Below are positions 1 to 11,364 of a stretch of 20,000 nucleotides of DNA, piece after piece. How positions within the stretch are numbered: position 1 is the stretch's first letter; every line of letters starts with the position of its first letter. Source of the stretch: Chiloscyllium plagiosum. Lineage: Eukaryota. The notes beneath the pieces were generated by a model. The model was given only the letters and a program-made list of their open reading frames with translations, ran no database searches and was not told the DNA's origin. The stretch is from assembly GCF_004010195.1 (NCBI RefSeq), contig NC_057718.1:14832072-14852071 (forward strand). Reading direction: 5' to 3'. Made by a program: the position numbers and the translations under genes.

Positions 1-94
1 CAGGGTGAGCTGGCCAAGGGCATGCAGTCTCATCTCTTCCCTCTATCCAGGGTCAAATTTAACACAATATTACCATGGGATGTTGAGTGTCCAT

Positions 95-688
95 CTGAGA
101 AGGGCAGTACAAGAGTCATGTTATAGCTGTACAAGACATTGGTGAGGCCACATTTGGAGCACTGCGTATAATTCTGGTCGCCCTGCTTATAGGAAGGATG
201 TTATTAAACTTGAGAAGGTGTAAAAAAGATTTATAAGCATGTAACTGAGATTGGAGGGCTTGAGTTATAAGGAGAGGCTGAGCAGACTGGGGCTATTTTT
301 CCTGCAGCGTCAGAGGCTGAGGGGTGACCTTATAGGGGTTATAAAATCATGAGGGGCAAAGGTAAGGTGAATAGACAAGGATTTTTTTCCCCAGGTTAGG
401 GGAGTCCAAAACTAGAGGGCATAGGTTTAAGTAGAGAGGGAAAGATTTAAAAGGGACCTAAAGGGCAACTTCTTTCACTCAGAGGGTGGTGTGTGTATGG
501 AATAAGCTGGCAGAGGATGTGGTGGAGGCTGATGCAGTTGTAACATTTAAAAAGCATCTGGATGGGGATATAAACAGGAAGAGGGATATGGGCCAAATAC
601 TGGCAAATGGTACTAGATTTATTTAGGATATCTGGTTGGCATGAACAAGTTGAACCATTTCTGTGCTGAATATCTCCATGATTCTATG
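95..688 (+). mobile_element. CR1-clade LINE (HER1-like) 3' fragment, 5'-truncated and degenerate
   Basis: Decayed ORF2 C-terminus LYKTLVRPHLEHCV.FWSP ... QRLRGDL, followed by the CR1 3'UTR ending ...CTGTGCTGAATATCTCCATGATTCTATG. Co-linear with the copies at 1755-2455 (-) and 3976-4549 (+). Confidence 0.9.
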
Positions 689-724
689 GCAGACGGGGCC
701 TGGATTTAACAGCCCAACTACACC

Positions 725-850
725 ATAGCACCTTTAACCGTGCAGCGCTCCTTCAGTATTACAATAGAGTATCTCCTGAGTTCTCATTCACGGGTTCCTG
801 GAGTGGAACTTGTATCCATAATCCTCTGAGTCAGAGACAAAGAGTTTTGT
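725..850 (-). mobile_element. Deu-domain SINE (SacSINE1/AmnSINE-like) 5' head fragment
   Basis: The reverse complement resembles the tRNA-like head of the + strand copy at about 7120-7200 (CTCTGAGTCAGA...CAAGTTCCACTCCAGGAAC...CTCTATTGTAATACTGAAGGAGCGCTGCAC). Confidence 0.55.
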
Positions 851-870
851 CCTCAGCTCTGCCACATGTA

Positions 871-919
871 CTGGACTGATTGAACCAAAGGCTCTGTTTC
901 CATGCTGTATGACTCTATG
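871..919 (+). mobile_element. Short CR1 3' terminal remnant
   Basis: GGACTGATTGAACCAAAGGCTCTGTTTCCATGCTGTATGACTCTATG matches the CR1 terminal hairpin and tail seen at 4240-4304. Confidence 0.75.
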
Positions 920-1754
920 TGTCTAACGCATATGTACAAATGAGTGACTAAGCCACTACCAATAGATGAAAATAATCAATGGGTATTTTTCTTCAGCTAA
1001 CGTTTGGATAACATCATTTGTTTGAGGCATAGCCCTAGACAGCCTGCAGGGGGGCTTTTAAAGCCAGCCATCATGGAGCCCAAAGCCAGGGCTAGGGGAG
1101 GTTCAAGATCTGCTGGGGGAGGCACAAGGCTTGTCTGAGATGGGAGGGTGTGAGGGGTGCAGTTCAATGCTTGCAGGGTTTAGTTCAAGATCTACCTGAA
1201 TTAGTGTCCTTTAAGTCCATTCGTACTCCCAGTGGAATTCAATGGCTTTATTTTCCTGGAAATTAATTTCACAGCTTGGGGTGACATAATCAACTTCATT
1301 TTCAAAGTTCTAAAGTTTCACGTGAGTGCTTTACTAGCACACAACTTGCTGAAAATCAATTTGTCAATTTCTTTAATAACCTTGAAATTTACAAAGAATG
1401 TAAGCTCAACTTCTTCTTGATCTGAAACTTCTGACATTGGATTCTAATTTTTGTTTGCTAAGATCCTCATATCCATAAAATGTCTGTTAAATCATTCTGT
1501 CTGATTCGTATTTCCCCAATGCCACCTTCACTATGAGAACACATTTGCATGAAACTCAACTGAGACTGTGGGCTATCTCCCAAATTGATGGGCTCAATCC
1601 CATTTACTTCCTGGAAACATTCTGTGAAATGTCTGCTCAAATTGGAATGCACTTAAAGAAAAATATGTCGATACAGCAAGACAGTGGGCAAATTGGTGAA
1701 CTCTCCAAAGCAGCCAATATCGGTATGATGAGCCAAAGTGCCATCCTGTATTTT

Positions 1755-2455
1755 ATAGAGTCATAGAGATGTACAGCGTGGAAACAGACCCTTTGGTCCA
1801 ACCCGTCCATGCCGACCAGATATCCCAACCCAATCTAGTCCCACCTGCCAACACCCGTCCCATATCCCTCCAAACCCTTCCTATTCATATACCCATCCAG
1901 ATGCCTTTTAAATGTTGCAATTGTACCAGCCTCCACCACTTCCTCTGGCAGTTCATTCCATCACGTATCACCCTCTGAGTGAAAAAGTTACCCCGTAGGT
2001 CTCTCTTATATCTTTCCCCTCTCACCCTAAACCTATGCCCTCTAGTTCTGAACTCCCCCGCCCCAGTAAAATACTTTGTCTATTTATCCTATCCATGCCC
2101 ATGATTTTGTAAACCTCTATAAGGCCACCCCTCAGCCTCTGATGCTCCAAGGAAAACAGACCCAGCCTATTCAGCCTCTCCTTATAGCTCAAATCCTCCA
2201 ACCCTGGCAACATCCTTGTAAATCTTTTCTGAACCCTTTCAAGTTCCACAACATCTTTCCAATAGGAAGGAGATCAGAATTGCACGCAATATTCCAACAG
2301 TGGCCTAACCAATGTCCTGTACAGCCGCAAGATGACCTCCCAACTCCTTTACTCAATACTCTGACCAATAAAGGAAAGTATACCTTCCAAGGAAAGTATA
2401 CCAATAAAGGAAACGCCTTCTTTATTATCCTATCTACCTGTGATTCAACTTTTAA
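1755..2455 (-). mobile_element. CR1-clade LINE 3' fragment
   Basis: ORF 2022..2249(-) LERVQKRFTRMLPGLEDLSYKERLNRLGLFSLEHQRLRGGLIEVYKIM is the typical CR1 ORF2 C-terminus. The tail reads ATAGAGTCATAGAG at 1755. Confidence 0.92.
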
Positions 2456-2491
2456 AACTCTAAAACCAAAGAGCAGATTAAACAAATACAA

Positions 2492-2752
2492 GGGCATGAT
2501 GGCTCAGTGGTTAGCACTACTGCCTCACAACGCCAGGGACCTGGGTTCGATTCCAGCCTCAGTTGATTGTGCAAATTCCACACAGACATTCTCTCCATGT
2601 CTGCATGGCTTTCATCTGGCTTCTCCAGTTTCCTCCACAGTCCAAAGATGTGCAGGTTAGGTGGGTTGGTCATGGGAAATGAAGAATTACAGGGAGAGAG
2701 TAGGGATTGGGGCTGGATAGGTTGCCCTCGGTGGGCAGAATGGCCTGCTTCC
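2492..2752 (+). mobile_element. HE1-type tRNA-derived V-SINE
   Basis: A box TGGCTCAGTGG, B box GGTTCGATTCC, V-domain-like CCAGTTTCCTCCACAGTCCAAAGATGTGCAGGTTAGG and CR1-type tail GGGCAGAATGGCCTGCTTCC. Homologous to 8730-9051(-). Confidence 0.85.
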
Positions 2753-3399
2753 AAATTTTCACAACAGCTGGGTTTAGGAGAAAAATGTTACTTGTCCCAT
2801 TTGGCATTGCCATACAGTTCTAAATCACTCTGACAAACTCCTTATCTGTTCTGAGCACAGTGTAATTATAGGATTGTCATCTAGGTTACTGTATGGCCTG
2901 ACCTAAGTTAGACTCATCATTAATAGGACAGAGAGTGACAGCTGTATCCACATTTACAGTTAAACATAGAGGTAACCGATCCTCAAATGCATCAGAGCTT
3001 TGACTAAAATCTACCCTCGGTGTATCTTGCTGAGGTGCTATTTTTGAAATTGTTTGAGTGAGGTAGCAGGCAGATATTGCCCCTGTTTAAAAAGCCATCC
3101 TGCAGGGATAGTACACCTGAGAATGTTACAGATGAAATGCTGGGCTTATCAACTATCTGTCAAATCAGATGGGCTGTTTGGGATGACGGCACAGTTGGTA
3201 CAATGTTATAACAAGGGTCTGCTGTAATACCATTCTTTTGGTAATACTGCACATTTGCCATTTCTGAAGGCAATTTTTGGGAATACCTTTGAGAAAGCTA
3301 TTTGTTGTACTAATGACAAGGCTGTTAAAATGCTTAACAAAGTCACTCAGTAAACAGGATGCCACTACCAAAGGCACTTTGCCCTCTTCTGTGAACATT

Positions 3400-3940
3400 C
3401 CACAGGGACTGTTCCCTCTTTGACACTCTGGTCCACTACTCTGCCATACCTAATACTCCCTCCCCACCCCCAAAAAGGGCCTTCCCACACAATCTCAGAA
3501 GGTGTAACACTTACCCTTACACCCTCATTATATTCAAGGCCCCAGAAACCCCTCCCAGGCAATTTAGTTGTGTTTCTTTCAATCTAGTCTATTGTTTTCA
3601 CTGCTCATAATGTGGCCTCCTCTACACTGGCAAGACCAAACGTTGACTGCTTTGCAGTACACCTCCACTCTGTTCATGAGAATAACCCTGACCTTCTAGT
3701 TGGCGAAAGTGAGGACTGCAGAAGTTGGAGATTAGAGTCTAGATTAGAGTGGTGCTGGAAAAGCACAGCAGGTCAGGTAGCATCCGAGGAGCAGGAAAAT
3801 CGACATTTTGGGCAAAAGCCCTTCATTCCTGATGAAGTGCTTTTGCCTGAAACATTGATTTTCCTGCTCCTTGGATGCTGCCTGACCTGCTGTGCTTTCC
3901 CAGCACCACTCTAACCCTGACCTTCTACTTGCCTGCCACT
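3400..3940 (+). mobile_element. Penelope-like element GIY-YIG endonuclease remnant, split by a hammerhead palindrome
   Basis: Translates with stops and frameshifts to NLVYCFHCS*CGLLYTGKTKR...DCFAVHLHSVHENNPDLLV, the PLE VY-CxxC-YIG..R..EH pattern. It resumes after 3911 as CCCTGACCTTCTACTTGCCTGCCAC. Confidence 0.75.
3705..3911 (-). mobile_element. Family-A hammerhead palindromic insertion (Penelope pLTR-derived)
   Basis: Inverted arms at about 3744-3826 and 3832-3914. Element terminus GAAAGTGAGGACTGCAG at 3705. CTGATGA at 3829-3835 and GAAAC at 3849-3853. Flanking duplication TAACCCTGACCTTCTA(G/C)TTG(G/C)C at 3683-3704 and 3912-3933 (20/22). Confidence 0.85.
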
Positions 3941-3975
3941 ATCTGGTACTCTGGTGAAGAGTGGTAAGAAGTGGT

Positions 3976-4549
3976 AAGGATGTTGCCAGGATTGAAGGGT
4001 TTGAGCTAAAGGTGGAGGCTGAATGGACTGGGGCTGTTTTCCATGGACATCAGAGGCTGAGGGGTGACCTTATACAGGTTTATAAAATCATGAGGGGCAT
4101 GGATAGGGTCAATAACCAAAGTCTTTTTCTTAAGGTAGGGGAGTCCAAAACTAGAGGGCATAGGTTTAGAGTGAGAGGGGAAAGATTTTAAAAAGGTGGC
4201 AGGTGGGACTAGATTGGGTTGGGATATCTGGTCGGTGTGGACAGGTTGGACCGAAGGGTCTGTTTCCATGCTGTGCATCTCTGTGACTCTATGACTCTCT
4301 ATGACCAGAGGGGTTACTTTTTCATGCACAGGGTAGTGCATGTATGGAATGAGCTGCCAGAGGAGGTGGTGGAGGCTAGTATAATCACAACATTTAAAAG
4401 GCACCTGGATAGGTACATGAATAGGAAGGGTTTAGAGGGAGATGGGCCAAGTGCTGGCAAATGGGACTAGGTCAGTTTAGGATATCTGGTTGGTGCAGAC
4501 AAGTTGGTCTGAAGGATCTGTTTCTGTGCTGTATAACTCTATAATTCTA
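3976..4549 (+). mobile_element. CR1 LINE 3' fragment containing a nested ~108 bp CR1 3' end (4197-4304)
   Basis: ORF2 C-terminus HQRLRGDLIQVYKIMRGMDRV...FFMHRVVHVWNELPEEVVEA...FKRHLDRYM is interrupted by a complete 3'UTR and tail. A second tail lies at 4500-4549. Confidence 0.9.
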
Positions 4550-5454
4550 AGATGGTGAACTGGTGATAGGCGAGGCCTGAATTCTAAATTTTAAGGATTA
4601 ATCTTGTATAAACTCTGGAATTGGAACCACAATATTAACTGAACCAGGGACAGCAGGCTAGGCACAACAAAGAGCAGGTGGAGGGGAGTGACTTTTAACA
4701 CATTAGTTACCCAGTAATCCTTGTAAACTGCGAGAGAGCACAGGGCCTGAGCATCAGCAGTTCAGTAGTAATCAGTGTAGTCTCACTCCTACCATAACTG
4801 ACTGAAAAGGGACAAATTGAGGCCATATAAAATGGCAGAGCTCCATCCAGCTCTTATAACTCTGTTACTTCAAGTGAAGATGGCCAAAGGGAGAAGGCAA
4901 GATAATAAGAGAGGACAATAAACTGGGTAATAATAGAATCTGCTTCACCATGGTATTAACAACCAGAGGGTGAAAACCGACATTAGGAAACATGAAGAGC
5001 TGACACAGGAACAAATACAGAGTTCTTCATCTATCTAATACATACTGCAGGTTACATGTGTATTTGTAGACAGAGAGGAAACCTGGGAGATTACTGTCTA
5101 AAAATATCAAATTGTCATTTATAACATTAACTTGCTGCTTTCCCCAGTCTCAGACACTTCTCTCATGTCTTTCAATCTCTCCTAATGAAAGCATCCAGTT
5201 GCTAGAAGTGTTAGTTTTTGCTCTCCAGCTCTTGATGCTCGAGAAAAAAAAAATCGCCCTTATAGTCTTCTGTGTACTATTTCTGCTTTGAGGCAGTGAC
5301 TGCTAATTTCTGTAGTTTGGGGAAATGGTGTTGAGGTGCAGATGGGCCAGAATGATTGAAACAAACAGAATTGAAGGGCTGAATGGTATCACAATGGATA
5401 TGGCATGTGGCTCAGCCATGATCAGTTGGCAACTGGGCTTCAGTAGAGGGTATG

Positions 5455-6115
5455 CCGAGGAGATGGTGGTACATTGGTAATGTCACTGGACTACTAATCC
5501 AGAGGTCTAGTCTAATGATTTAGGAACTCTGGTCAAAGCTCCCAGCCTGTGGAATTGATAAGATCTGGAACTAAAAGCTAGCCCCTATAACAGTGACCAC
5601 AAAACTACCATCAGAAACAAAAACAGAAATTGCTGGAGAATCTCAGCAGGTCTGGCAGCATCTAAGGAAAGAAATCACAGGTAACGTTTTGGGTCCAGTG
5701 ATCCTTCTTCAGAACTGATGGTACCTAGGAAAAGGGCATTTTTTTTAAACAAAAGATGGTGGGTGGAGGGGTGAGGAGGAGGAAACGAAAGGTGAAGATA
5801 TCGCCCAAAGACAGATAAAAACAGTTGGCCAGACAAAGACATTGATAAAGACCAGCCTGGGAGAGGTTAATGTTATAAATGACAACTTAGTTTTTCGTTT
5901 AGACAGCAATCTCCCACGTCCCTTACCGTCTACATATACACATGTAATACAGCTACTACTGGGGCAATGAAACTATTGTCACTTGGTGTAAAAACCCACA
6001 TAGTTCAGCAGTGTCCTTTGGGGAAACAATATTTGCTGTCCTTCCCCAGTCTGGCCGATATGTGACTCCAGACCCACAGCAACGCGGTGGATTCAAGCCA
6101 CTCAGTCTAAAAGCA
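5455..6115 (+). mobile_element. tRNA-derived SINE family B, split by a Penelope-type insertion (5613-~5965)
   Basis: Head GGTAATGTCACTGGACTACTAATCCAGAGG and body ...AAACTATTGTC...GTCCTTTGGGGAA...ATGTGACTCCAGACCCACAGCAA, homologous to 11315-11902. Confidence 0.75.
5613..5880 (-). mobile_element. Family-B Penelope-type 3' end (pyrimidine-rich 3'UTR plus hammerhead pLTR)
   Basis: The minus strand reads ...CCATCAGTT CTGAAGA AGGATCACTGGACCC AAAAC GTT ACC...GATGCTGCCAGACCTGCTGAGATTCTCCAGCAATTTCTGTTTTTG, preceded by a C/T-rich tract. Confidence 0.75.
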
Positions 6116-7119
6116 AGGAGGAATTGCATTTACATCAAAAAATAAGAAAAAACATTCATATTATACAAAGAATAGAAGAAGGTAATTTGACCCATCAATT
6201 CTGGCTCTTTGAAAAAGCTACCAATTAATTTCACTCTTTAAAGCCCAGCAATTTCCTTTTCCCTTTTTGAGCATTGAATTGGCCAAAGAGCTCATGTCAA
6301 AAACACTGTACCATTAAAGCCAGAGAAGGAACAATTCACCAGGCAGTCAATATGAAAAGGTTGGTCACTGAGTTGCTACCTCACAACAAGTGTGGGTTTT
6401 GAAGTGGTAACACATTCATGCTTAACAGGCTTTTTCGAAACAAAGGGGAGTTAAGAAAGCTTGCCTCTTCAATTCCCCTTAAACAAACTCAATTCTGAAA
6501 TCCCAAGAAGGGGACATCCACTATAACAGGTTTAACCCACGGTTATGACGACCGCTCCTGGGATTGTGATTTGGAGGCCTTTCTTTCCTGCAGCCTGGAG
6601 GCCACCTTTCCCATTGTGTGACAAACACTGGAGGATGTGACCCGTTCTCATGTGCTCACAGTACTGACCCCATCACCTGAACATGATGCAGTTCAGCACA
6701 AAATCACTTCTCTACTCTATTCAGCAGCTCACCTCCTGCACTCAGCTGCCAAACGGAATTTGTATCCATTTTATCTAAATTGAATAAAATCACCGAGAGG
6801 TTCTGGAGTGAACTGTTGTTTCTTGTGATATTATTTTGGCCTGTATAAATCATAAGCTTTAAAATCAATACCTAATTTTGTCCTCAGCCATGATTGGATG
6901 AAGGACTACAGTATTGGACAATGCAGTGTAAGCATTTTCCGTACCATTATAGCCAGTTTATATTTCAATTTACTCAAGGGAAGGCCAATTGATGGCACCA
7001 CATAAAAGATGTTTTTAAAAGATGGTGGTGTCAAGAACATTAACGATGACATTTAAAATCGTTTCTCAATTCCCTTCTCCATCACCTCTTTGTTAGTCAT
7101 CACTCATTTGCTAACATTT

Positions 7120-7500
7120 CTGCTTCTCACATGATTTCAAGTTCAAGCCTCACTCCAGGATTTGAGCACAGAGATAATCGCTGACACTCTGGTGCGGTCG
7201 GAAGTGCTGCCCTTACTATGAGACATCAATCGGAGTTCCCAGGCATCTGCTCATTTGCATGTGAAAGATCCCTTGGCACTATTCCGAAGGACAGCAGGGG
7301 AGTTATCCCCAGGGTGCTGGCCAATTCTTATTCTTCAAGCAACATCACAGAAAAACAGGTAAACTGATCATTGTCTCATTGCTGGTTGTGGGACTGTGCT
7401 GTGTGCTGTTTAGGTTATTATATAATGTTATTTAAAATGTACTTCAGTCGGTTGTACTTTGAGACACCCAAAGGCCATGAGAAGTGCTATGCAATGCAAT
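7120..7500 (+). mobile_element. Deu-domain SINE (SacSINE1/AmnSINE1-like) with L2-type tail
   Basis: GTGAAAGATCCCTTGGCACTATTCCGAAGGACAGCAGGGGAGTTATCCCCAGGGTGCTGGCCAATT resembles the Deu domain as recalled. The tail CTTTGAGAC...AGTGCTATGCAATGCAA is L2-like. Confidence 0.75.
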
Positions 7501-8548
7501 TCCTCCCCACTCCCCCGAAAGGAATGGCTCTTCCCAGTCAGCCTCAAGTTTCCCTTTTTATTTGATCTCAACGTAGACAACAAATACAAGCTCCATGGCC
7601 CTGAAGAAGGCAGCTATGCTGGCCGACCTTTCACCAGGAAGGCTGTGGTCCTGCTACTCATGCTCCTCTCTGAGCATGTGAGGTAGGGAACAGGGCCTGG
7701 GGCACTGGACTACATCACGGCCCAATAACCAGAGCCTGGGACTCCTGGGGACTGCTGTATTTAGACAAGGCCAAGGGAGGGGGGAGCTGCTGTGCTTGGC
7801 CTGGGTTGAAATGTGCAGTGTGAGGACAGGGATGGGATCCGCTGTGCTTGGTGGGGGAGGGGGAAAGGGTGGGGTGGAGTGTCCACTGTGTTTGGGCTGG
7901 GCACGGAGCCCGCTGCCCTTGAGTTGGGCATCAGATTCCAAGACAGGAACACCACCAGGGCCTGTGATTTCCTGCCACCAGTATACTGAGAGGTTTGAGG
8001 ATATGTGGAATCTGGAAGACTGTCAAGTACTGAATTCCGAAGACACTGCATCAAATAACTACCACTACTTTGACAATAAAAACCGCACGAGCTCTGCATT
8101 TCACCTTAATTTGGGGATTTGGATTCATGTTCACTTTCAAAACATTTAGAAAGTGCAACGTGCACAGATTTATCTGCAGTGTTTTCAAGTCAGGATGTTT
8201 CAGTCCAATGTGGCCCCAAACTACATGTGGAAGAATTGAGTCGAATGCATGTTGTGATATTCTTGAAACATCTTGACACTTGTAATGACAACAAACAAGA
8301 TCAAGTGTGAAAGCACAGCTGGTAGACACGCAAATTAACAGAAACCTGCTAGGACTCTTAAAATAGCATTCCTATTTCGAAAGAAGAAAGTGTAAAGGCA
8401 AGAAAAAACAGTTTCTTGCTGCTTGTGCTGCTCTAGTGAGGAAAGGTCAGTGCCAAGAATTAACGTTTAAAGTGCAGGCACCAAGTGTACTCAACATATC
8501 CAATGTCACCCTTTGCTCAACTACAGAAAGGAAAATCTTATGTTTATG

Positions 8549-8642
8549 AGTTCTGAAGAAGAATCACATTTGGTTTGGAACATGAACTCTGTTCCTCTCT
8601 TCAAATACCTGCTGAACTGTTTCAGCAATTTCTGGTTTTTTA
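8549..8642 (+). mobile_element. Degenerate family-B hammerhead pLTR
   Basis: AGTT CTGAAGA AGAATCACATTTGGTTT GGAAC ATG AACT CTGTTCCTCTC...ACCTGCTGAACTGTTTCAGCAATTTCTGGTTTT. Confidence 0.65.
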
Positions 8643-8644
8643 AT

Positions 8645-8715
8645 GCATTTATATGGCACTTTTCACAAGTTCAGGATTTCGCAAAGGACTTTATAGCCGA
8701 TTAAGAACTTGCAAG
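8645..8715 (-). mobile_element. L2-type / Deu-SINE tail remnant
   Basis: GCATTTATATGGCACTTTTCAC...CAAAGGACTTTATAGCC is the reverse complement of the tail type seen at 7450-7500. Confidence 0.5.
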
Positions 8716-8729
8716 TCATAGCATCCCTC

Positions 8730-9051
8730 CAGTGTGAAAGCAGGCCATTCATCCCATCAAGTCCACACCAACCCTAACAGCACCCCATCCAGACCCAAAC
8801 CCCCTGCAATTCCCATGGCTGATCCACCTGACTGGCACATCCCTGGACACTACGGGCAATTTAGCATGGTCAGTCCACCTAATTCGCAAATCTTTGGACT
8901 GTGGGAAAAAACTGGAGCATCCGGAGGAAACCGAGGATGACATGGGAAGAATGTGCAAAATCCACACGGACAGTCGCCTGAGGCTGGAATTGAACCCAAG
9001 TCCCTGGCGCTGTGAAGCAGCAGTGCTAAGCACTGAGCCACCATGCTGCCC
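8730..9051 (-). mobile_element. HE1-type V-SINE, near full length
   Basis: The minus strand begins GGGCAGCATGGTGGCTCAGTGCTTAGCACTGCTGCTTCACAGCGCCAGGGACTTGGGTTCAATTCCAGCC. It has a V-domain, an internal duplicated unit and a CR1-like tail. Confidence 0.88.
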
Positions 9052-9121
9052 ACATTGTAGTCATTTGCAAAGGAGCTCCAAAATATTATGTATTGAGTGC
9101 GTTGCAAGGACCTTACTGCAC

Positions 9122-9502
9122 ATGGCTTTGGAGCAGACAAGACTGAGAGGGAACATGACTGAGATATATAAAATTATGACAGGAAGAATCTTTCTCCCTT
9201 TGGTGGGGGATCTGATGACCATGGGTGTAGACTTAAGGTGAGGGGCAGGAGGTTTAGAAGGGACGTAAGGAAAAGGTTTTTCCCCAGAGACTGGTGAGAA
9301 TCTGGAACTCACTGCCTGGAAGAATGTGGAGGCAGAAACCCTCTTAACATTTACAATGTATTTAAATGTGCACTTATAATGCCATGGCAATCAACCAAGT
9401 GTTGGAAAATGGGGTTAGAATAGTGAAGTGGGTGTTTTTAATTAATGAAAACTTTGTGGACCGAAGGGTTTTTTTCTGCATAGTAGACCTCTGTAAGTCT
9501 AA
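9122..9502 (+). mobile_element. Older CR1 LINE 3' fragment
   Basis: LEQTRLRGNMTEIYKIMTG...WNSLPGRNVEA-like remnants and tail GGACCGAAGGG...CTCTGTAAGTCTAAG. Confidence 0.8.
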
Positions 9503-9789
9503 GACATGGCACCTCATTTCACTCGTATACAGGTAACAGTCAACTGCACCTCAGTGCTGTCAATCCTTCCATTGCCTCAGTACTGCCAGTCTACTTGGCC
9601 ATCATCCTTTCTAGTATGAGCCAGAAATTTCCTTCAATTAAACTTCAGGAAGATCAAAAGGCACTTGCAACAGCCCTATCCCAGCACTTTTCCCTCTCAC
9701 CCACCCCGTCGTGCCACTGTCTCAGGCTGAGCCAAACAGGTCAGTGACCCTGAGCTATGCATCTGTCTTTGCTCTCCACCCCTAAACCT

Positions 9790-10470
9790 CACCTGCTAAC
9801 ACCTCCATCATGTCACTGTTTTCAAAGCCTAGCTCAGTCCGTCTGCTTTGGCAACCCTTGTCCATGCCTTGTCCCTTCCAGAATTGATTATTACAAAGCT
9901 GCAGCAGGCCTTCCTTCCCCAGTAAACACATCCAGAAATGTACTAACTGTGTCCTGACTTGTACTAAGTCCCACCCAGGATGATCCGAATGTTCTCACTG
10001 ACCTCCATTGATTCCCTGGTTCACTAACACCTTCAATTACAGTATCATCTTCAAATCTATGTATGGCTTCCCTCCTCCCAGGCTCTGTATTCCTCCTCCT
10101 GCCACATAATCCACAAAGAAAACTGTCTTCTACCAATGCAAAAGCAAGATGGGATCATCAACCTGAAACATAACCTCTGTTTCTCTCTCAATAGTTGCTG
10201 CCAGACAGCATGAGTCTTCCCAGCACTTTGATTTGAAGCTTTCCTTCAATTTTCATTTCTCAGCCAACCAGGACTCCCATTGTCCTCGCAGCAGCCACGA
10301 TCTCAGGATCTGCAGTTCTCTCCCTACGACTCTGAGTCTATCTCACACTCTCTCCATCTCCTTTCTTCTGTAAGAACTTCTGATGTCTCCTTGTTCGGCG
10401 CTGGGGGTCAGTTTTCCTCTGATGATGCTCTTGTACAACACCTTGGGATATTTTTCAATGCTTAAACTAT
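9790..10470 (+). mobile_element. L2-clade LINE 3' remnant, interrupted at ~10145-10235
   Basis: Decayed TLVHA..SRIDYY..AGLP...VLTDLH*FP..FKSMYG..P pattern of the L2 ORF2 C-terminus. Tail CACCTTGGGATATTTTTCAATGCTTAAA. Confidence 0.7.
10145..10235 (+). mobile_element. Highly degenerate family-B hammerhead pLTR
   Basis: GGGATCATCAACCT GAAAC ATAACCTCTGTTTCTCTCTC...GTTGCTGCCAGACAGCATGAGTCTTCCCAGCACTTTG, homologous to 18210-18305. The CUGANGA core is lost. Confidence 0.6.
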
Positions 10471-11364
10471 GATTTAATGAAATCGATTGAGGTGGTTGTC
10501 AGTCAATGCTATGAAATGTTGAAAACAGCCAGCTGTGACCATGAATAGGTGAGGAAATGCCAGCCCTTAGCTAGTATTTTGACGACCATTTAGCTGACAA
10601 ATTGATGTTGGCACTGGTACACATCCCACTGCTGCCAAGCCAAGGTTAAACTGAATACCACAACAGTGATACAAAGGGCTAGATGATCCAACTCAAGAAA
10701 ATCTGTACGCTCTGTAATGAATCACAGGATATTTTACAAAGGGCTTATTGACAGCACACAAACTTTCACTCTAATTCACAACTACACACCTCTCATTCAA
10801 AGTCCTGCATCAAGAGTATCAGTATCAGGAAGAGCTGGTCCTGCTGAGAGCTGTCCATGCTGCTGACTCCCTCCCGCCATCACTCATCTGTACCTGGCAC
10901 CCTCTGCAATCTCAGGCCTTAGTAAGTGTAATGTTAGCAGTAGCCAGCGTCCTCCTGAGCCACTATTGGGCAATAGTGAGCTGCTGACATCCTATTGGTC
11001 AGCGCCATGTGGTGGGCTACACCTCTGTGCCCAGGTCCTCGATTCAGGAGGAAGGCCCAGCACTGGCCTGCCATGTGCCGGAGTGGAATTTGAAATGAGG
11101 CCACCCAGGGTTTTGGCCGACTCTGCGATCAGCAGTCCAGACACCCACACACTTCTGGATGTCACACACAATGGAAGCCCACCGTCAGGTGATCCATCAG
11201 TAAGTAACATCGAAAGAGGTCTAAGGTGATATTTCTTAGTCCAAGAAGTCAGCATCGACAAATACATAACTATTGGCATCTCAGAGAAATAATGTAAATG
11301 TCATTGAATTATTAGGCTAGGCGACGGCCTAGTGGTATTATCGCTTGGCTGTTAATCTAGAAAC

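Noticed and set aside
1467..1651. Possible terminal exon on the minus strand (TTTTCTTTAAG acceptor, about 60 codons to TGA)
   Set aside because: No recognisable protein similarity and no partner exons. RNA-seq or BLASTX would be needed.
2492..2560. tRNA genes (also 8985-9051 and 11315-11630)
   Set aside because: A/B boxes run directly into SINE bodies and LINE-derived tails, with no intact cloverleaf or terminator.
4992..5030. Small inverted repeat ATGAAGAGCT...AGTTCTTCAT
   Set aside because: 10-bp imperfect arms are expected by chance, and there is no complete hammerhead core.
7577..7682. Possible 106-bp + strand exon (pyrimidine tract...TAG / GAG|GTAGGG)
   Set aside because: Splice signals are modest and the peptide is unrecognised, so it cannot be supported from sequence alone.
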